DNA from: an uncultured Candidatus Saccharibacteria bacterium
Lineage (GTDB): Bacteria; Patescibacteriota; Dojkabacteria; SC72
Direction of reading: 5' to 3'
NCBI GenBank assembly: GCA_964618765.1
Contig: CAZUDZ010000002.1
Span: 66,129 to 130,128 of the forward strand
DNA length: 64,000 nucleotides
Program-made: the position numbers and the translations under genes
Notes under the pieces: model-generated
Databases searched by the model: none
Told to the model about the DNA's origin: nothing
Seen by the model: the letters and a program-made list of their open reading frames with translations, nothing else
Part shown: one piece after another, positions 18,534 through 28,471 of the stretch
How positions within the stretch are numbered: position 1 is the stretch's first letter
Layout: every line of letters starts with the position of its first letter

Positions 18534-21500
18534 AAACGGATTTGAAAACTTTGATGTCCTGCAGTTAACTCTTGCGTCCCCTGATCAAATTATGGAGTGG
18601 TCATACGGAGAGGTAACTAAAGCAGAAACCATTAATTACAGGACATTTAGGGCTGAACCAGATGGACTCTTCTGTGAAAAAATATTTGGTCCAACAAAAA
18701 ACTACGAATGTTACTGTGGAAAATACAAAAAGATTAGATACAAGGGCATAGTATGTGACAAATGTGGCGTAGAGGTAACAACTCAAGATTCAAGAAGAGA
18801 GAGGATGGGTCATATTAACCTAGCTGTTCCAGTAACTCATGTTTGGTTTGCCTACGGAATTCCCAACAAGATGTCTATTGTATTAAATATGCCTCACAAA
18901 AAACTTCTCTCAGTAATCTACTATACAAGGTATATGGTTGTTGAGGTAGAGAAGCAGAAGAGGAAAGAGATAATTGAAAGAGCAACCCAATTAAGAGAAG
19001 AAGAGGTAACAGAGCTAGAAAGTCAATTGGAAAAAGAGTTGAAACAAACAGCGCAAGATTTCAAAGATCAATCAAAGGATTTAAAGAAATCTAAAGACAA
19101 GAAAAACGATTTCAAGATTAGCCAGATAGATCATAGAGAGAAGCAAGCCTTAGCTAGAGTTAGAAAAGAGTTTGCAGAGAAAGAAGAACAAATAGATTCT
19201 TTCTATCAAAGAATTATTCAAATACTTACAAAATTAAAAGTAGGAACAGTTCTTTCAGAGGACGAATATATGGATCTTTTGGAAAGAGATTTAATGTTCT
19301 TTGAAGCGATGATGGGAGCGGATGCCATAGAGAGACTTCTAGGAAAGTTAGATCTAAAGAAAGAGATAGCGAAATTGAGACTAAAAGCAGATAGAGAGAA
19401 AGGCGATAAAAGAGCGAAAACTACAAGAAGAATTCAGTATCTTGAAGGATTTGAAAATAATGAAATGAGTCCTACCTGGATGGTGTTAAGAACATTACCA
19501 GTTCTTCCTCCAGAGTTAAGACCAATAATCCCTCTATCGGGTGGGAAATTTGCAACTTCAGATCTAAATGACCTCTACAGAAGGGTGATCAACAGGAATA
19601 ATAGGTTAGCCAAGTTAGTAGAGATAGGTGCCCCAGAAGTTATTCTAAGAAATGAGAAAAGAATGCTTCAGGAGTCAGTAGATGCATTAATAGACAACTC
19701 ACATAGACCTTCTAAGCCTATGATGAATAGTAAAAGACTTCCTTACCAGGCTCTTACAGATGATTTGAGAGGTAAGAAAGGAATTTTTAGAAAAAATCTA
19801 CTTGGTAAGAGAGTAGACTATTCAGGAAGAGCGGTAATCGAAGGAGATCCAAGTCTTAAATTTGATCAGTGCGGATTGCCTAAATCTATTGCATTGGAAA
19901 TGTTTAAGCCATTCGTAACCTTCCAACTTTTAGATCAAGAACTAGCTCCTAATGTAAGGATTGCTAAGGAGATGATTGAGGAAGAGTCTGATGAGATTTG
20001 GGATATTTTAGAAAAAGTCATACAGAACAGACCCGTACTTCTAAATAGGGCTCCTACTCTACACAAGTACAGTGTTCAGGCGTTCTATCCAAAGCTTGTC
20101 GAAGGAGAGGCAATTAGAATACATCCTTTGGTATGTAAAGCTTTTAACGCAGACTTTGATGGAGACCAAATGGCAGTACATATTCTTTTAACAAAAGATG
20201 CCGAGGAAGAAGCAAGGAAGGATATGATGTCTTCTAAGAACATTGTAAATATATCAAATGGTCAAGTATTAGCTACCCCAGCTAAAGACATGTTGATAGG
20301 GTTCTTCTTAATGACAGATATGAAAGAAGTCAAGAAACCAAGACTTTTTGCTAATGAGCTAGAGGTTATAAGAACATACGAAAGAGGAGAAATATCCATA
20401 GAGGAAGAAATAATAGTTAGAATTAAGGGTAAAACTATACATACTTCTCCAGGTAGGGTCATATTTAATAGTATTCTTCCTGAAGACTATGAATTTGTAA
20501 ATGAACAGATAGATATTAAGTCAATTAACAGAATAATAGTCGAGATTAAAAAGGAAAATCCTTTAGAAGTCGTTGTTGAAATCTTGGATAACCTAAAGCT
20601 CTTAGGCTTTAAATATGCCACTGATTTAGGTTTCTCCTTTGCTATGGAAGATTGTGAAGTAGACTTTGATCTTAAAACAGAGATTAAGAAGATGGAGGAG
20701 AAAGATGAGCAGTTACAAGAAAATTACCTAGAAGGACTTATGACAAAAGCAGAGAAGATAAATATATCTACAAACATGTGGGATGATTTCTCTGGAGAGT
20801 TAGCAGATAAAGCTTGGGAAAAACTGGATACAGACAACCCTATTTATCAAATGGTTGAATCAGGAGGAAATGGAGGTAAGATTCAGGCTAGACAGGTTCT
20901 TACCATAAAAGGAGTAGTAAGAGACTCTAGAGGAAACTCGGTACCAATGCCTATTAAAAGCAACTATCGTGATGGACTTAGTGCTTTTGAATACTTTGTA
21001 GCAGCTAATGGAGGAAGAAAAGGAGTCGCAGATAGGTCTCTTAAGACATCTTCCTCAGGATATCTTACTAGAAAATTGGTAGATGTTGCTCATGATGTCA
21101 TCATAAGATCAGAGGATTGTGGCTATGACGGAGAAGGTTTTGTCATAAGGAAATCAGATGAGAGGAGAATCTCTTTTGAAGATAGAATTTACGGGAGAGT
21201 TCTTGCACAAGATCTTAAGATAGGTAATAAAGTGGTAGCGAAAAAGAACGATGTAGTTACTAAAGATATTGCGGAAGAAATTTTAGATGCAGATATTCCA
21301 GAAATTTTTGTTAGATCTCCAATACTGTGTGAAGCTCCTTTGGGGATGTGTAAGAAGTGTTACGGTTTGAATCTAGAGAATGATGAAGAGATTGAGATGG
21401 GTAAAGCTGTTGGAGTGATAGCAGCTCAGTCCATAGGAGAGCCAGGAACACAGATGACTATGCAAACTTTCCACAAGGGAGGTGTTGCAAAGGTAGATAT

Positions 21501-22401
21501 AACACAAGGTTTGCCAAGAGTAGAGGAACTCTTTGAAGCAAGGACTCCTAAAGCAGAAGCAGAGGTTGCTTCTATCGATGGAAAGGCAATGGTAGAGTTT
21601 GCTGAAGATGAATCTGCAGTAATTACCATTGTAGGGGAGAAGAGGATGGTTAGACACTATGTTGTATCCAAAGCTAAGAAAGTTGCAATAGAAGATGGAC
21701 AGGATGTAAAAACAGGCCAGCTTATGTACATAGATGCTGAGGAGGTAGAAAGACAGGCTCCATTTGATGCTCAAGTAATGTTAAAGGGAGGGATTTTAAC
21801 TGTAGTAGGAAAGGTTAAGGCTGAAGAGGTCATATCCGTTCTTCCAGGAGTAGAGATTTTAATTAAGAATGGAGATACAGTAGAGTCAGGTCGACAACTT
21901 ACAGAAGGATCAATAGACCCTAAGAAACTTACAGAGGTTGCTGATATTGTAACAGCACAGAAGTATATTCTTGACCAAGTACAACAGGTATTTGATGAGC
22001 AAGGAGTTTCAATTGATGATATTCACATTGAAATAATACTTAGACAAATGGTTCGATTAGGGAAAGTATTTGAATCAGGAAATTCCGACTATCTTGTAGG
22101 TTCTCTTGTAAACAAATATCTAGCTGAAGCCAAAAATGAACTCTTGTTGGAAGAAGGAAAGAACAAGGCCTTGATAATTCCTAAGATGCTTGGTATAAAG
22201 ACATCTGCCTTACATACAGAAAGCTTCCTTTCTGCAATCTCCTTCCAGGAGCAAGTAAGAGTCTTAACTAGCACTGCCATATTGGGTAAGAAGGATTATT
22301 TAAGAGGTATGAAAGAAAATGTAATCATAGGTAGGCCAATCCCAGTTGGAGAAGGAGCAGAGATAAAGGATATAAGAGAGATACCAGAGCTTAATTTTTA
22401 A
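18520..22401 (+). CDS. rpoC: RNA polymerase beta' subunit
   Basis: Zn-finger CYC...CDKC, LLGKRVDYSGR, catalytic NADFDGDQM, SIGEPGTQ; AGGAGG 9 nt upstream. Confidence 0.98.
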   Translation: MKKSKNGFENFDVLQLTLASPDQIMEWSYGEVTKAETINYRTFRAEPDGLFCEKIFGPTKNYECYCGKYKKIRYKGIVCDKCGVEVTTQDSRRERMGHINLAVPVTHVWFAYGIPNKMSIVLNMPHKKLLSVIYYTRYMVVEVEKQKRKEIIERATQLREEEVTELESQLEKELKQTAQDFKDQSKDLKKSKDKKNDFKISQIDHREKQALARVRKEFAEKEEQIDSFYQRIIQILTKLKVGTVLSEDEYMDLLERDLMFFEAMMGADAIERLLGKLDLKKEIAKLRLKADREKGDKRAKTTRRIQYLEGFENNEMSPTWMVLRTLPVLPPELRPIIPLSGGKFATSDLNDLYRRVINRNNRLAKLVEIGAPEVILRNEKRMLQESVDALIDNSHRPSKPMMNSKRLPYQALTDDLRGKKGIFRKNLLGKRVDYSGRAVIEGDPSLKFDQCGLPKSIALEMFKPFVTFQLLDQELAPNVRIAKEMIEEESDEIWDILEKVIQNRPVLLNRAPTLHKYSVQAFYPKLVEGEAIRIHPLVCKAFNADFDGDQMAVHILLTKDAEEEARKDMMSSKNIVNISNGQVLATPAKDMLIGFFLMTDMKEVKKPRLFANELEVIRTYERGEISIEEEIIVRIKGKTIHTSPGRVIFNSILPEDYEFVNEQIDIKSINRIIVEIKKENPLEVVVEILDNLKLLGFKYATDLGFSFAMEDCEVDFDLKTEIKKMEEKDEQLQENYLEGLMTKAEKINISTNMWDDFSGELADKAWEKLDTDNPIYQMVESGGNGGKIQARQVLTIKGVVRDSRGNSVPMPIKSNYRDGLSAFEYFVAANGGRKGVADRSLKTSSSGYLTRKLVDVAHDVIIRSEDCGYDGEGFVIRKSDERRISFEDRIYGRVLAQDLKIGNKVVAKKNDVVTKDIAEEILDADIPEIFVRSPILCEAPLGMCKKCYGLNLENDEEIEMGKAVGVIAAQSIGEPGTQMTMQTFHKGGVAKVDITQGLPRVEELFEARTPKAEAEVASIDGKAMVEFAEDESAVITIVGEKRMVRHYVVSKAKKVAIEDGQDVKTGQLMYIDAEEVERQAPFDAQVMLKGGILTVVGKVKAEEVISVLPGVEILIKNGDTVESGRQLTEGSIDPKKLTEVADIVTAQKYILDQVQQVFDEQGVSIDDIHIEIILRQMVRLGKVFESGNSDYLVGSLVNKYLAEAKNELLLEEGKNKALIIPKMLGIKTSALHTESFLSAISFQEQVRVLTSTAILGKKDYLRGMKENVIIGRPIPVGEGAEIKDIREIPELNF

Positions 22402-22427
22402 GTAGTTTTAATATATAATACGATGCG

Positions 22428-22847
22428 ATGCCAACAATAAACCAATTAATAAGAAAACCTAGAAAGCCCCAAGCTAAGAAAGCTAAACATATACAGCTTG
22501 CGAGGAATTTTAATCCTTTGAAGAATAGGTATAAAAAAACACCTAATCCCTTCAAGAGGGCTGTATGTTTACAAGTTAAAACAATGACACCAAAGAAACC
22601 TAACTCTGCTTTAAGAAAAGTAGCGAGGGTAAGGCTATCTAATGGTATGGAAGTTACCGCATATATTCCAGGGGAAGGACATAATCTACAGGAACACTCA
22701 GTAGTTCTGGTTAAGGCTGGAAGAAAAAGAGACCTTCCTGGGGTTAAATATATTGTCGTAAGAGGAAAGTACGATGCAGCAGGGGTTAAGGGCAGGAAAA
22801 AGGCACGATCTAAATATGGAGTTAAGAGGGAAGATATAGAAGAATAA
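22428..22847 (+). CDS. rpsL: 30S ribosomal protein S12
   Basis: [42 protein letters not shown]. Confidence 0.98.
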   Translation: MPTINQLIRKPRKPQAKKAKHIQLARNFNPLKNRYKKTPNPFKRAVCLQVKTMTPKKPNSALRKVARVRLSNGMEVTAYIPGEGHNLQEHSVVLVKAGRKRDLPGVKYIVVRGKYDAAGVKGRKKARSKYGVKREDIEE

Positions 22848-22873
22848 GAAACTTTTAATTAAAAATAACTACA

Positions 22874-23344
22874 ATGAGAGGTAAAAGAGCAAAAAAAAGA
22901 GAACAGAAAGGGGATAGGAAATACGGGAATGTTTTAATCAACAGATTAATAAATAAGGTAATGCAAGGTGGAAGGAAGTCATTGGCAGAAAGAATTGTTT
23001 ATGATTCTCTTGATAAAGCAACAGAAATAGTAAAAGAAAAGGATGTGACTGCCTTTATAGATAAGGTTGTAGACAATATTAGACCTGCCTTAGAGATCAA
23101 GGCTCGAAGAGTAGGAGGTGCAAACTATCAGGTCCCTGTTCCTGTTTCTCCTAAGAGACAGGAAGCATTGGCAATAAGGTGGATAGTAGATAGTACAAGA
23201 AATAAATCAGGAAAATCCTTTGAGGAGCTTTTAATAACTGAACTAACAAACGCATATAATGGAGAGGGAGATGCTATTAGAAAGAAACAGGAGACAGAAA
23301 GAATGGCAGAAGCAAACAAAGCTTTCGCACACTTCAGATGGTAA
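22874..23344 (+). CDS. rpsG: 30S ribosomal protein S7
   Basis: RRVGGANYQVP, MAEANKAFAHFRW. Confidence 0.98.
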   Translation: MRGKRAKKREQKGDRKYGNVLINRLINKVMQGGRKSLAERIVYDSLDKATEIVKEKDVTAFIDKVVDNIRPALEIKARRVGGANYQVPVPVSPKRQEALAIRWIVDSTRNKSGKSFEELLITELTNAYNGEGDAIRKKQETERMAEANKAFAHFRW

Positions 23345-23386
23345 ATCTGTTTTAGAAATTCCTACACAGTGAAACTAAGATCTTAA

Positions 23387-24328
23387 CTACTTTGTGCTTT
23401 CTATTCTTTCCCAACCATCTTTAGGCATTCCCTTCTTTAAAACATTATGTTGCCAAAATATCTTAATCCAGGTTATCAATCTTACGGGGAATAGGAGAAG
23501 AGACCAGAAGAACTCTTCGATATTCTTTGCGTATCTTAATACAAAAAAGGTGTACTTTAGCTCAATAAAGAAGCTTCTACTCTGTTTATCCTTGTTGAAT
23601 ATCCCCATCTTCTTAAGTTGCTTAAAACCTCCGATAGATCTAACTTTCTGCTTGTAGTAATCCTTTAAGTTTGTAGGATATTTAACATAGCAAATAGCAG
23701 TAGGTGTATAGGCAATATCTAGGTTCATATTTCTGAGAATATAGGAAACATATGCATCATCAGACAAAACATTAGGAGGGATATCAAAATCAACATTTCT
23801 GACAGCCATAATATATCCACTCATGGGGAAAAAGGTCTTCTTACTTACAAAGTACTTTTTTCCTTCAATCATTTCCATGGTATTTCTTCTTCTGTGGTCA
23901 CCCGAATCTGCTAATAGGTTGCCCCAATACCCGTAGCAATTATCCTTCCTATCTTGAGAAATAGGTCTCCCACTGACTCCTCCGACATTCTCAAGCTCAA
24001 ATGGTTTAAGTAATTCTCTTACAGAGTTTCTTTCAAAGTATACATCTCCATCCGTAAGGACAATTATATCTCCTTTCGCCTTCTTAAAGGCCATCTTAAG
24101 TGCATACGGTTTCCCTCTTTTAGGATCCCTGATTTGGATGTACTGCTTTTTACTTAAACCTAGCTTATGAGCTTCTTTTTTACCTTGTTTAAGAGTTAAC
24201 TCATCTGGAGATACTTGGATAATTTCAAATGGAGTAGGGATGCCAGAGTAGTTCCGATCTGCAATAGAGGAGATACATTTCCTTATCGTGTGTGGTTCTT
24301 TAAAGGATGTAATGATAACTGAAATCAT
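23387..24328 (-). CDS. Glycosyltransferase family 2
   Basis: MISVII start, GKPYAL, DGD (DxD), SDD, QKVR, C-terminal hydrophobic segment. Confidence 0.85.
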   Translation of the reverse strand: MISVIITSFKEPHTIRKCISSIADRNYSGIPTPFEIIQVSPDELTLKQGKKEAHKLGLSKKQYIQIRDPKRGKPYALKMAFKKAKGDIIVLTDGDVYFERNSVRELLKPFELENVGGVSGRPISQDRKDNCYGYWGNLLADSGDHRRRNTMEMIEGKKYFVSKKTFFPMSGYIMAVRNVDFDIPPNVLSDDAYVSYILRNMNLDIAYTPTAICYVKYPTNLKDYYKQKVRSIGGFKQLKKMGIFNKDKQSRSFFIELKYTFFVLRYAKNIEEFFWSLLLFPVRLITWIKIFWQHNVLKKGMPKDGWERIESTK

Positions 24329-24372
24329 ATGTCATTATATCGTACAACAGTCCAAATTTGAAAGGCTCCTGT

Positions 24373-25050
24373 CTATTCCTCCTCTTTCTTTCCCTTTGCT
24401 GTTTCCTCTGTGCTCTCTTCCTCTCCTTCTTCTCCCTCTTCGCCTTCCTCTCCTTCTTCCTCTTCCACTACTTCAGGTTCTTCTATAACAACCTCTTCCT
24501 GTAGCTCAGTTATTGTTACTACGGTAGTCTCTGCAAGATCTTCATTTACTAAAGAAATATTTTGAGGAATATCTAATTCATTTAAAGATATTGATTGCCC
24601 AGGGTGTTCTAATCCAGAAACATTTACCTCAATGGATGGAATTAACTCAGAAAGTTTACACTTAACATCTATGGAAGAAAGAACCTCGACTAATATACCA
24701 AGGTTGTTCTTAACGGCTGGAGCAATACCTGTGATATTGAATGGAATGGTAAATACCATCTCACGATCTTTATCAATTTCAAAAAAGGCCATGTGCCTGA
24801 TTTTTTCTGTTAAAGGATTTATATCTATCTCTTTTACAATCACTTTTATGTCTTTGCCATCGTATTGGGCATCAAGTACTGTAGCTGATGTAACTTCTTC
24901 AAGCACTTTACTAGCAATAGAGTACTCAATTTTGATGTTGTGTGAATCTCCCTTTGAGTTGTAAACAACCGCGGGAATAAAACCTTCCTTTGTTAGTTTC
25001 CTATTCTCTTTTCCAGTAACACTTCTTTTTTCTAAAATGATTTTCTCCAT
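24373..25050 (-). CDS. rplY: 50S ribosomal protein L25/Ctc (long form)
   Basis: GFIPAVVY, IRHMAFF, acidic tail; ATG 25050 preferred, with TTGCTC-N17-TATACT promoter 10 nt upstream. Confidence 0.9.
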   Translation of the reverse strand: MEKIILEKRSVTGKENRKLTKEGFIPAVVYNSKGDSHNIKIEYSIASKVLEEVTSATVLDAQYDGKDIKVIVKEIDINPLTEKIRHMAFFEIDKDREMVFTIPFNITGIAPAVKNNLGILVEVLSSIDVKCKLSELIPSIEVNVSGLEHPGQSISLNELDIPQNISLVNEDLAETTVVTITELQEEVVIEEPEVVEEEEGEEGEEGEEGEEESTEETAKGKKEEE

Positions 25051-25105
25051 AACGAGTAGGAGTATATCAAAAAAAGATACAAGGAGCAATAACTTCCCTC
25101 TGTTA

Positions 25106-25134
25106 TTGACAGCTTCTTAATCTTCGACTATACT
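25106..25134 (+). promoter_or_regulatory. Sigma-70 promoter of hrcA-grpE-dnaK
   Basis: TTGACA(25106-25111)-N17-TATACT(25129-25134). Confidence 0.85.
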
Positions 25135-25161
25135 TTAGCAGTTAATCTTTACTTTTGCTAA
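25135..25161. promoter_or_regulatory. Variant CIRCE operator (HrcA site)
   Basis: TTAGCA-gttaatctttacttt-TGCTAA; same 27-bp span as canonical TTAGCACTC-N9-GAGTGCTAA; between -10 and the hrcA ATG. Confidence 0.85.
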
Positions 25162-25163
25162 AA

Positions 25164-25889
25164 ATGGATTTAACAGAGAGACAAAAAGAGATATTAATGG
25201 CAGTAATAAAGGAATTTATGGGAGAGGCGTCGGAGGTTGGATCTCTTGCTCTTTTAGAAAAATATGACTTAGGAGTAAGTTCTGCCACAGTTAGGAACGA
25301 AATGGTTAAATTAATGAGATTGGGACTTTTGGAAAAGAGTCATATATCTTCAGGAAGGCTTCCTACAGATCAAGCTCTAAGGTTGTATGTTACAAAGTAT
25401 CTAGATCGAGATAGTCTGAATCCTTTGGTTATGGTGGAGATAAGGCAGGGAATCTTTAGAGACAGGTTTTCTAAGGAGAGTGTCATTAAGGCAATTTTAC
25501 GAATACTCTCAAAAGAGACAGGGTCTTTAGCATTCATGATTCTCAACGAAGATATTCGAGCATATGGATATTCAAATCTACTCAAGTATGAGGAGTTTAG
25601 AGATATTGATACGATAGAGACAATTATGAACATTATTGAGGATGGAGTGTTCTTGCCTAATTTAGTTGAGAAATATTCTGGATCCGGGGTATCTTTACTA
25701 ATAGGGGAAGAGTGTGGAGTTGAGAACCTATCAAATTGTGCCCTAGCCTTTGCTCAAGTTACATTTTGGGAAGAGGACAGAGCATTTGTAGGGATAATTA
25801 GTTCTAAGAGGATGGAGTATTCGAAAGTGTTAGCAGCTTTAAGTGAAGTAAAAAGTGCATTAACAAATTCCATCTCAGGATGGAGATAA
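25164..25889 (+). CDS. hrcA: Heat-inducible transcription repressor HrcA (short form)
   Basis: LTERQKEIL, VSSATVRNEM, HISSGRLPT, RMEY; precedes grpE-dnaK; ATG 25164 preferred. Confidence 0.92.
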   Translation: MDLTERQKEILMAVIKEFMGEASEVGSLALLEKYDLGVSSATVRNEMVKLMRLGLLEKSHISSGRLPTDQALRLYVTKYLDRDSLNPLVMVEIRQGIFRDRFSKESVIKAILRILSKETGSLAFMILNEDIRAYGYSNLLKYEEFRDIDTIETIMNIIEDGVFLPNLVEKYSGSGVSLLIGEECGVENLSNCALAFAQVTFWEEDRAFVGIISSKRMEYSKVLAALSEVKSALTNSISGWR

Positions 25890-25906
25890 TTTAAGAAGGG
25901 ATTTTA

Positions 25907-26437
25907 ATGGAAGATTCAAAAGGAGTGAAGAAAAAGAAAAGTAACCAAGTAAAAGAATTACAAGAAAGGGTTCAGAGGCTTGCGTTAACAATAGATGAAG
26001 TAGAGGATGAAAAGCTAGAAGTTGAGAATCAACTGAAAAGAGCCCTTGCTGACTATCATAATCTTCTTAAAAATTCTGAGAAGAGAGATCAGATTAGATT
26101 GTTGCAAACCAAAAAGGAACTTTTTGAAGCCATAATACCTACTCTAGATGCCTTAATGCTAGGGATTGTTGCTAGTAGGGATGTGAATATAGATGAGAAA
26201 GGGAAGTCTTGGCTAGAAGGAATAAAGGCTAGTGTAGAGGGACTAATGAAAGCTCTTAAGGAAATTGGTTTTGAGCAGTATATGCCCGAAAAAGGTCAAG
26301 AGTTTGATGGAGAGATTCACGAAGCAGTAGCGACAGTCCCAGAGGGTAAGAAAGGGAAAATATATGACATTGTACAACCGGGATACATTTTAAATGATTC
26401 TGTAGTACGACCCGCAAGAGTCGTAGTATCGAAGTAA
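25907..26437 (+). CDS. grpE: Nucleotide exchange factor GrpE
   Basis: RALADYHN, FDGEIHEAV, GYILNDSVVRPARVVV. Confidence 0.95.
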   Translation: MEDSKGVKKKKSNQVKELQERVQRLALTIDEVEDEKLEVENQLKRALADYHNLLKNSEKRDQIRLLQTKKELFEAIIPTLDALMLGIVASRDVNIDEKGKSWLEGIKASVEGLMKALKEIGFEQYMPEKGQEFDGEIHEAVATVPEGKKGKIYDIVQPGYILNDSVVRPARVVVSK

Positions 26438-26461
26438 AGTTAAATTATTAAATAAAATAAT

Positions 26462-28384
26462 ATGTCTAAAATAATAGGAATAGATTTAGGAACCACTAAC
26501 TCAGGTATGGCCTACATGGAGGGTGGTAAGCCTAATATAATACCCAATACACAGGGAGGGAGATTAACTCCTTCTGTAGTAGCAGAGGATGAAAAGGGAG
26601 AAGTTCTAGTCGGGACTCCTGCAAAGAATCAGGCTGTTACAAACCCAGAGGGTACAATCTACTCAGTTAAAAGATTAATTGGTAGATCTTGGGATGATCC
26701 TGAAGTAAAAAAGGATAAAGAGTTACTCCCTTTTGAAATGAGGAAGTCGGATAGTGGGGGCCTTGAGGTTAAAATGGGAAGTAAGTGGTACTCTCCTCAA
26801 GAGATTTCAGCCAAGATTTTGGCGAAGATGAAGAAAGATGCCGAGGAGTTCTTGGGAGAAGAAGTTAAGGAGGCTGTAATTACTGTCCCAGCATATTTCG
26901 ATGATTCTCAAAGACAAGCTACTAAAGATGCAGGGAAAATAGCAGGGTTAGTAGTTAAGAGGATAGTGAACGAACCAACTGCTGCAGCCTTAGCCTATGG
27001 TGTAGATAAAGGGAAGGACGAGAAAGTTGCAATATTTGACCTAGGTGGAGGAACATTTGACATCTCTATACTGGAAATGGGAGAGGGTGTTTTCGAAGTA
27101 CTTTCAACAAATGGGGATACTCATTTAGGGGGAGACGACTTTGATCAAAGAATAATAGATTACATAGCTGACAAATTCAAAGAGAAAGAAAACTTCGACC
27201 TTAGGGAAGATAGAACAGCACTTCAAAGATTAAGGGAGGCGGCAGAGAAAGCTAAGGTAGAATTGTCTACTTCAGAAGAGACAGACATCAATGTCCCATA
27301 TATTACAGCTACTGACAAAGGCCCAAAACATCTTAAAGAGAAATTAACAAGATCAGAGCTAGAGAAAATAACTGCAGATTTAATTGAACAAACAGTTAAA
27401 CCATCCGAAAAAGCTCTTAAAGATGCAGGACTAAAGAAAGAAGATATTAACCAAGTACTTCTAGTTGGGGGAATGACAAGAATGCCCGCAATAGTGAAGA
27501 AAGTAGAAGAGATTTTCGGTAAAGAACCAAACAAAGGTGTAAATCCTGATGAAATAGTAGCTATTGGGGCTGCTATTCAGGCGGGAGTATTAGCTGGAGA
27601 TGTTAAGGATATAACTCTTCTAGATGTAACTCCTCTATCTTTAGGTTTAGAAACTCTTGGAGGAGTAATGACAAAACTAATAGATAGAAATACAACAATC
27701 CCTGTTGAAAAGAAACAGATATTCTCTACAGCAGCAGATAATCAACCAGGTGTAGAAATACATATTCTTCAAGGAGAAAGAGAAATGGCTGCAGATAATA
27801 AGACCCTTGGAACATTTATCTTAGATGGTATCCCACCTGCTCCAAGAGGAGTACCCCAGATTGAGGTTACCTTCTCAATAGATGCTAACGGTATTTTAAA
27901 TGTTAAAGCTGTAGATTTGGCAACTAAAAAGGAACAGAAGATTACCATTACAGCATCTACGAGTCTTAAAGAGGAGGAGATAGAGCAGATGGTAGAAGAA
28001 AGTAAGAAGTTTGCCGAAGAAGATAAGAAGAAGAGAGAGAGGGCGGAAGTAAGGAATAATGCAGATACTCTTTGCTTTAGTGCAGAGAATTTAATAAAAG
28101 AAAATAAAGATAAGATTGATGAGAAGGAGAAAGAAGAATTAGAGAAACTTTCGGAGGAGCTTAAGAAATTAATAGAGAAAGAGGATTTCGACAAGGAAGA
28201 GGTAGAAAAGAAAACAGAAGTACTGTCTGAGAAGATGCAAGAGATTGGGAAGAAGATGTATGAACAGGCAAGTAAGGAGCAAAAAGAGGAAGAAGAGGAA
28301 AAGGATGGGAAGGAAAATAAGGAAGGAGATCAGAAAAAAGAAGGAGAAGAAGTGAAAGAGGGAGAGGTAGTCGAGGAGGAGTAA
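26462..28384 (+). CDS. dnaK: Chaperone DnaK (Hsp70)
   Basis: [44 protein letters not shown]. Confidence 0.99.
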   Translation: MSKIIGIDLGTTNSGMAYMEGGKPNIIPNTQGGRLTPSVVAEDEKGEVLVGTPAKNQAVTNPEGTIYSVKRLIGRSWDDPEVKKDKELLPFEMRKSDSGGLEVKMGSKWYSPQEISAKILAKMKKDAEEFLGEEVKEAVITVPAYFDDSQRQATKDAGKIAGLVVKRIVNEPTAAALAYGVDKGKDEKVAIFDLGGGTFDISILEMGEGVFEVLSTNGDTHLGGDDFDQRIIDYIADKFKEKENFDLREDRTALQRLREAAEKAKVELSTSEETDINVPYITATDKGPKHLKEKLTRSELEKITADLIEQTVKPSEKALKDAGLKKEDINQVLLVGGMTRMPAIVKKVEEIFGKEPNKGVNPDEIVAIGAAIQAGVLAGDVKDITLLDVTPLSLGLETLGGVMTKLIDRNTTIPVEKKQIFSTAADNQPGVEIHILQGEREMAADNKTLGTFILDGIPPAPRGVPQIEVTFSIDANGILNVKAVDLATKKEQKITITASTSLKEEEIEQMVEESKKFAEEDKKKRERAEVRNNADTLCFSAENLIKENKDKIDEKEKEELEKLSEELKKLIEKEDFDKEEVEKKTEVLSEKMQEIGKKMYEQASKEQKEEEEEKDGKENKEGDQKKEGEEVKEGEVVEEE

Positions 28385-28385
28385 A

Positions 28386-28435
28386 ACCATAAGGGATATG
28401 GGAGAAAGCAGTTGGCGTTCTCCCATATTTATGGT
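28386..28435 (+). terminator. Long stem-loop after dnaK (probable terminator)
   Basis: ATATGGGAGAA(28396-28406)/TTCTCCCATAT(28418-28428) 11-bp stem plus outer ACCATAA/TTATGGT. Confidence 0.7.
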
Positions 28436-28471
28436 AGCATTTAGACATTAATATAGGATTCCTGTCCCATA

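Noticed and set aside
24373-24500. Repetitive purine/pyrimidine tracts at the ends of rplY and dnaK (also 28260-28384)
   Set aside because: They encode ordinary acidic low-complexity tails (EEG repeats), not DNA repeats
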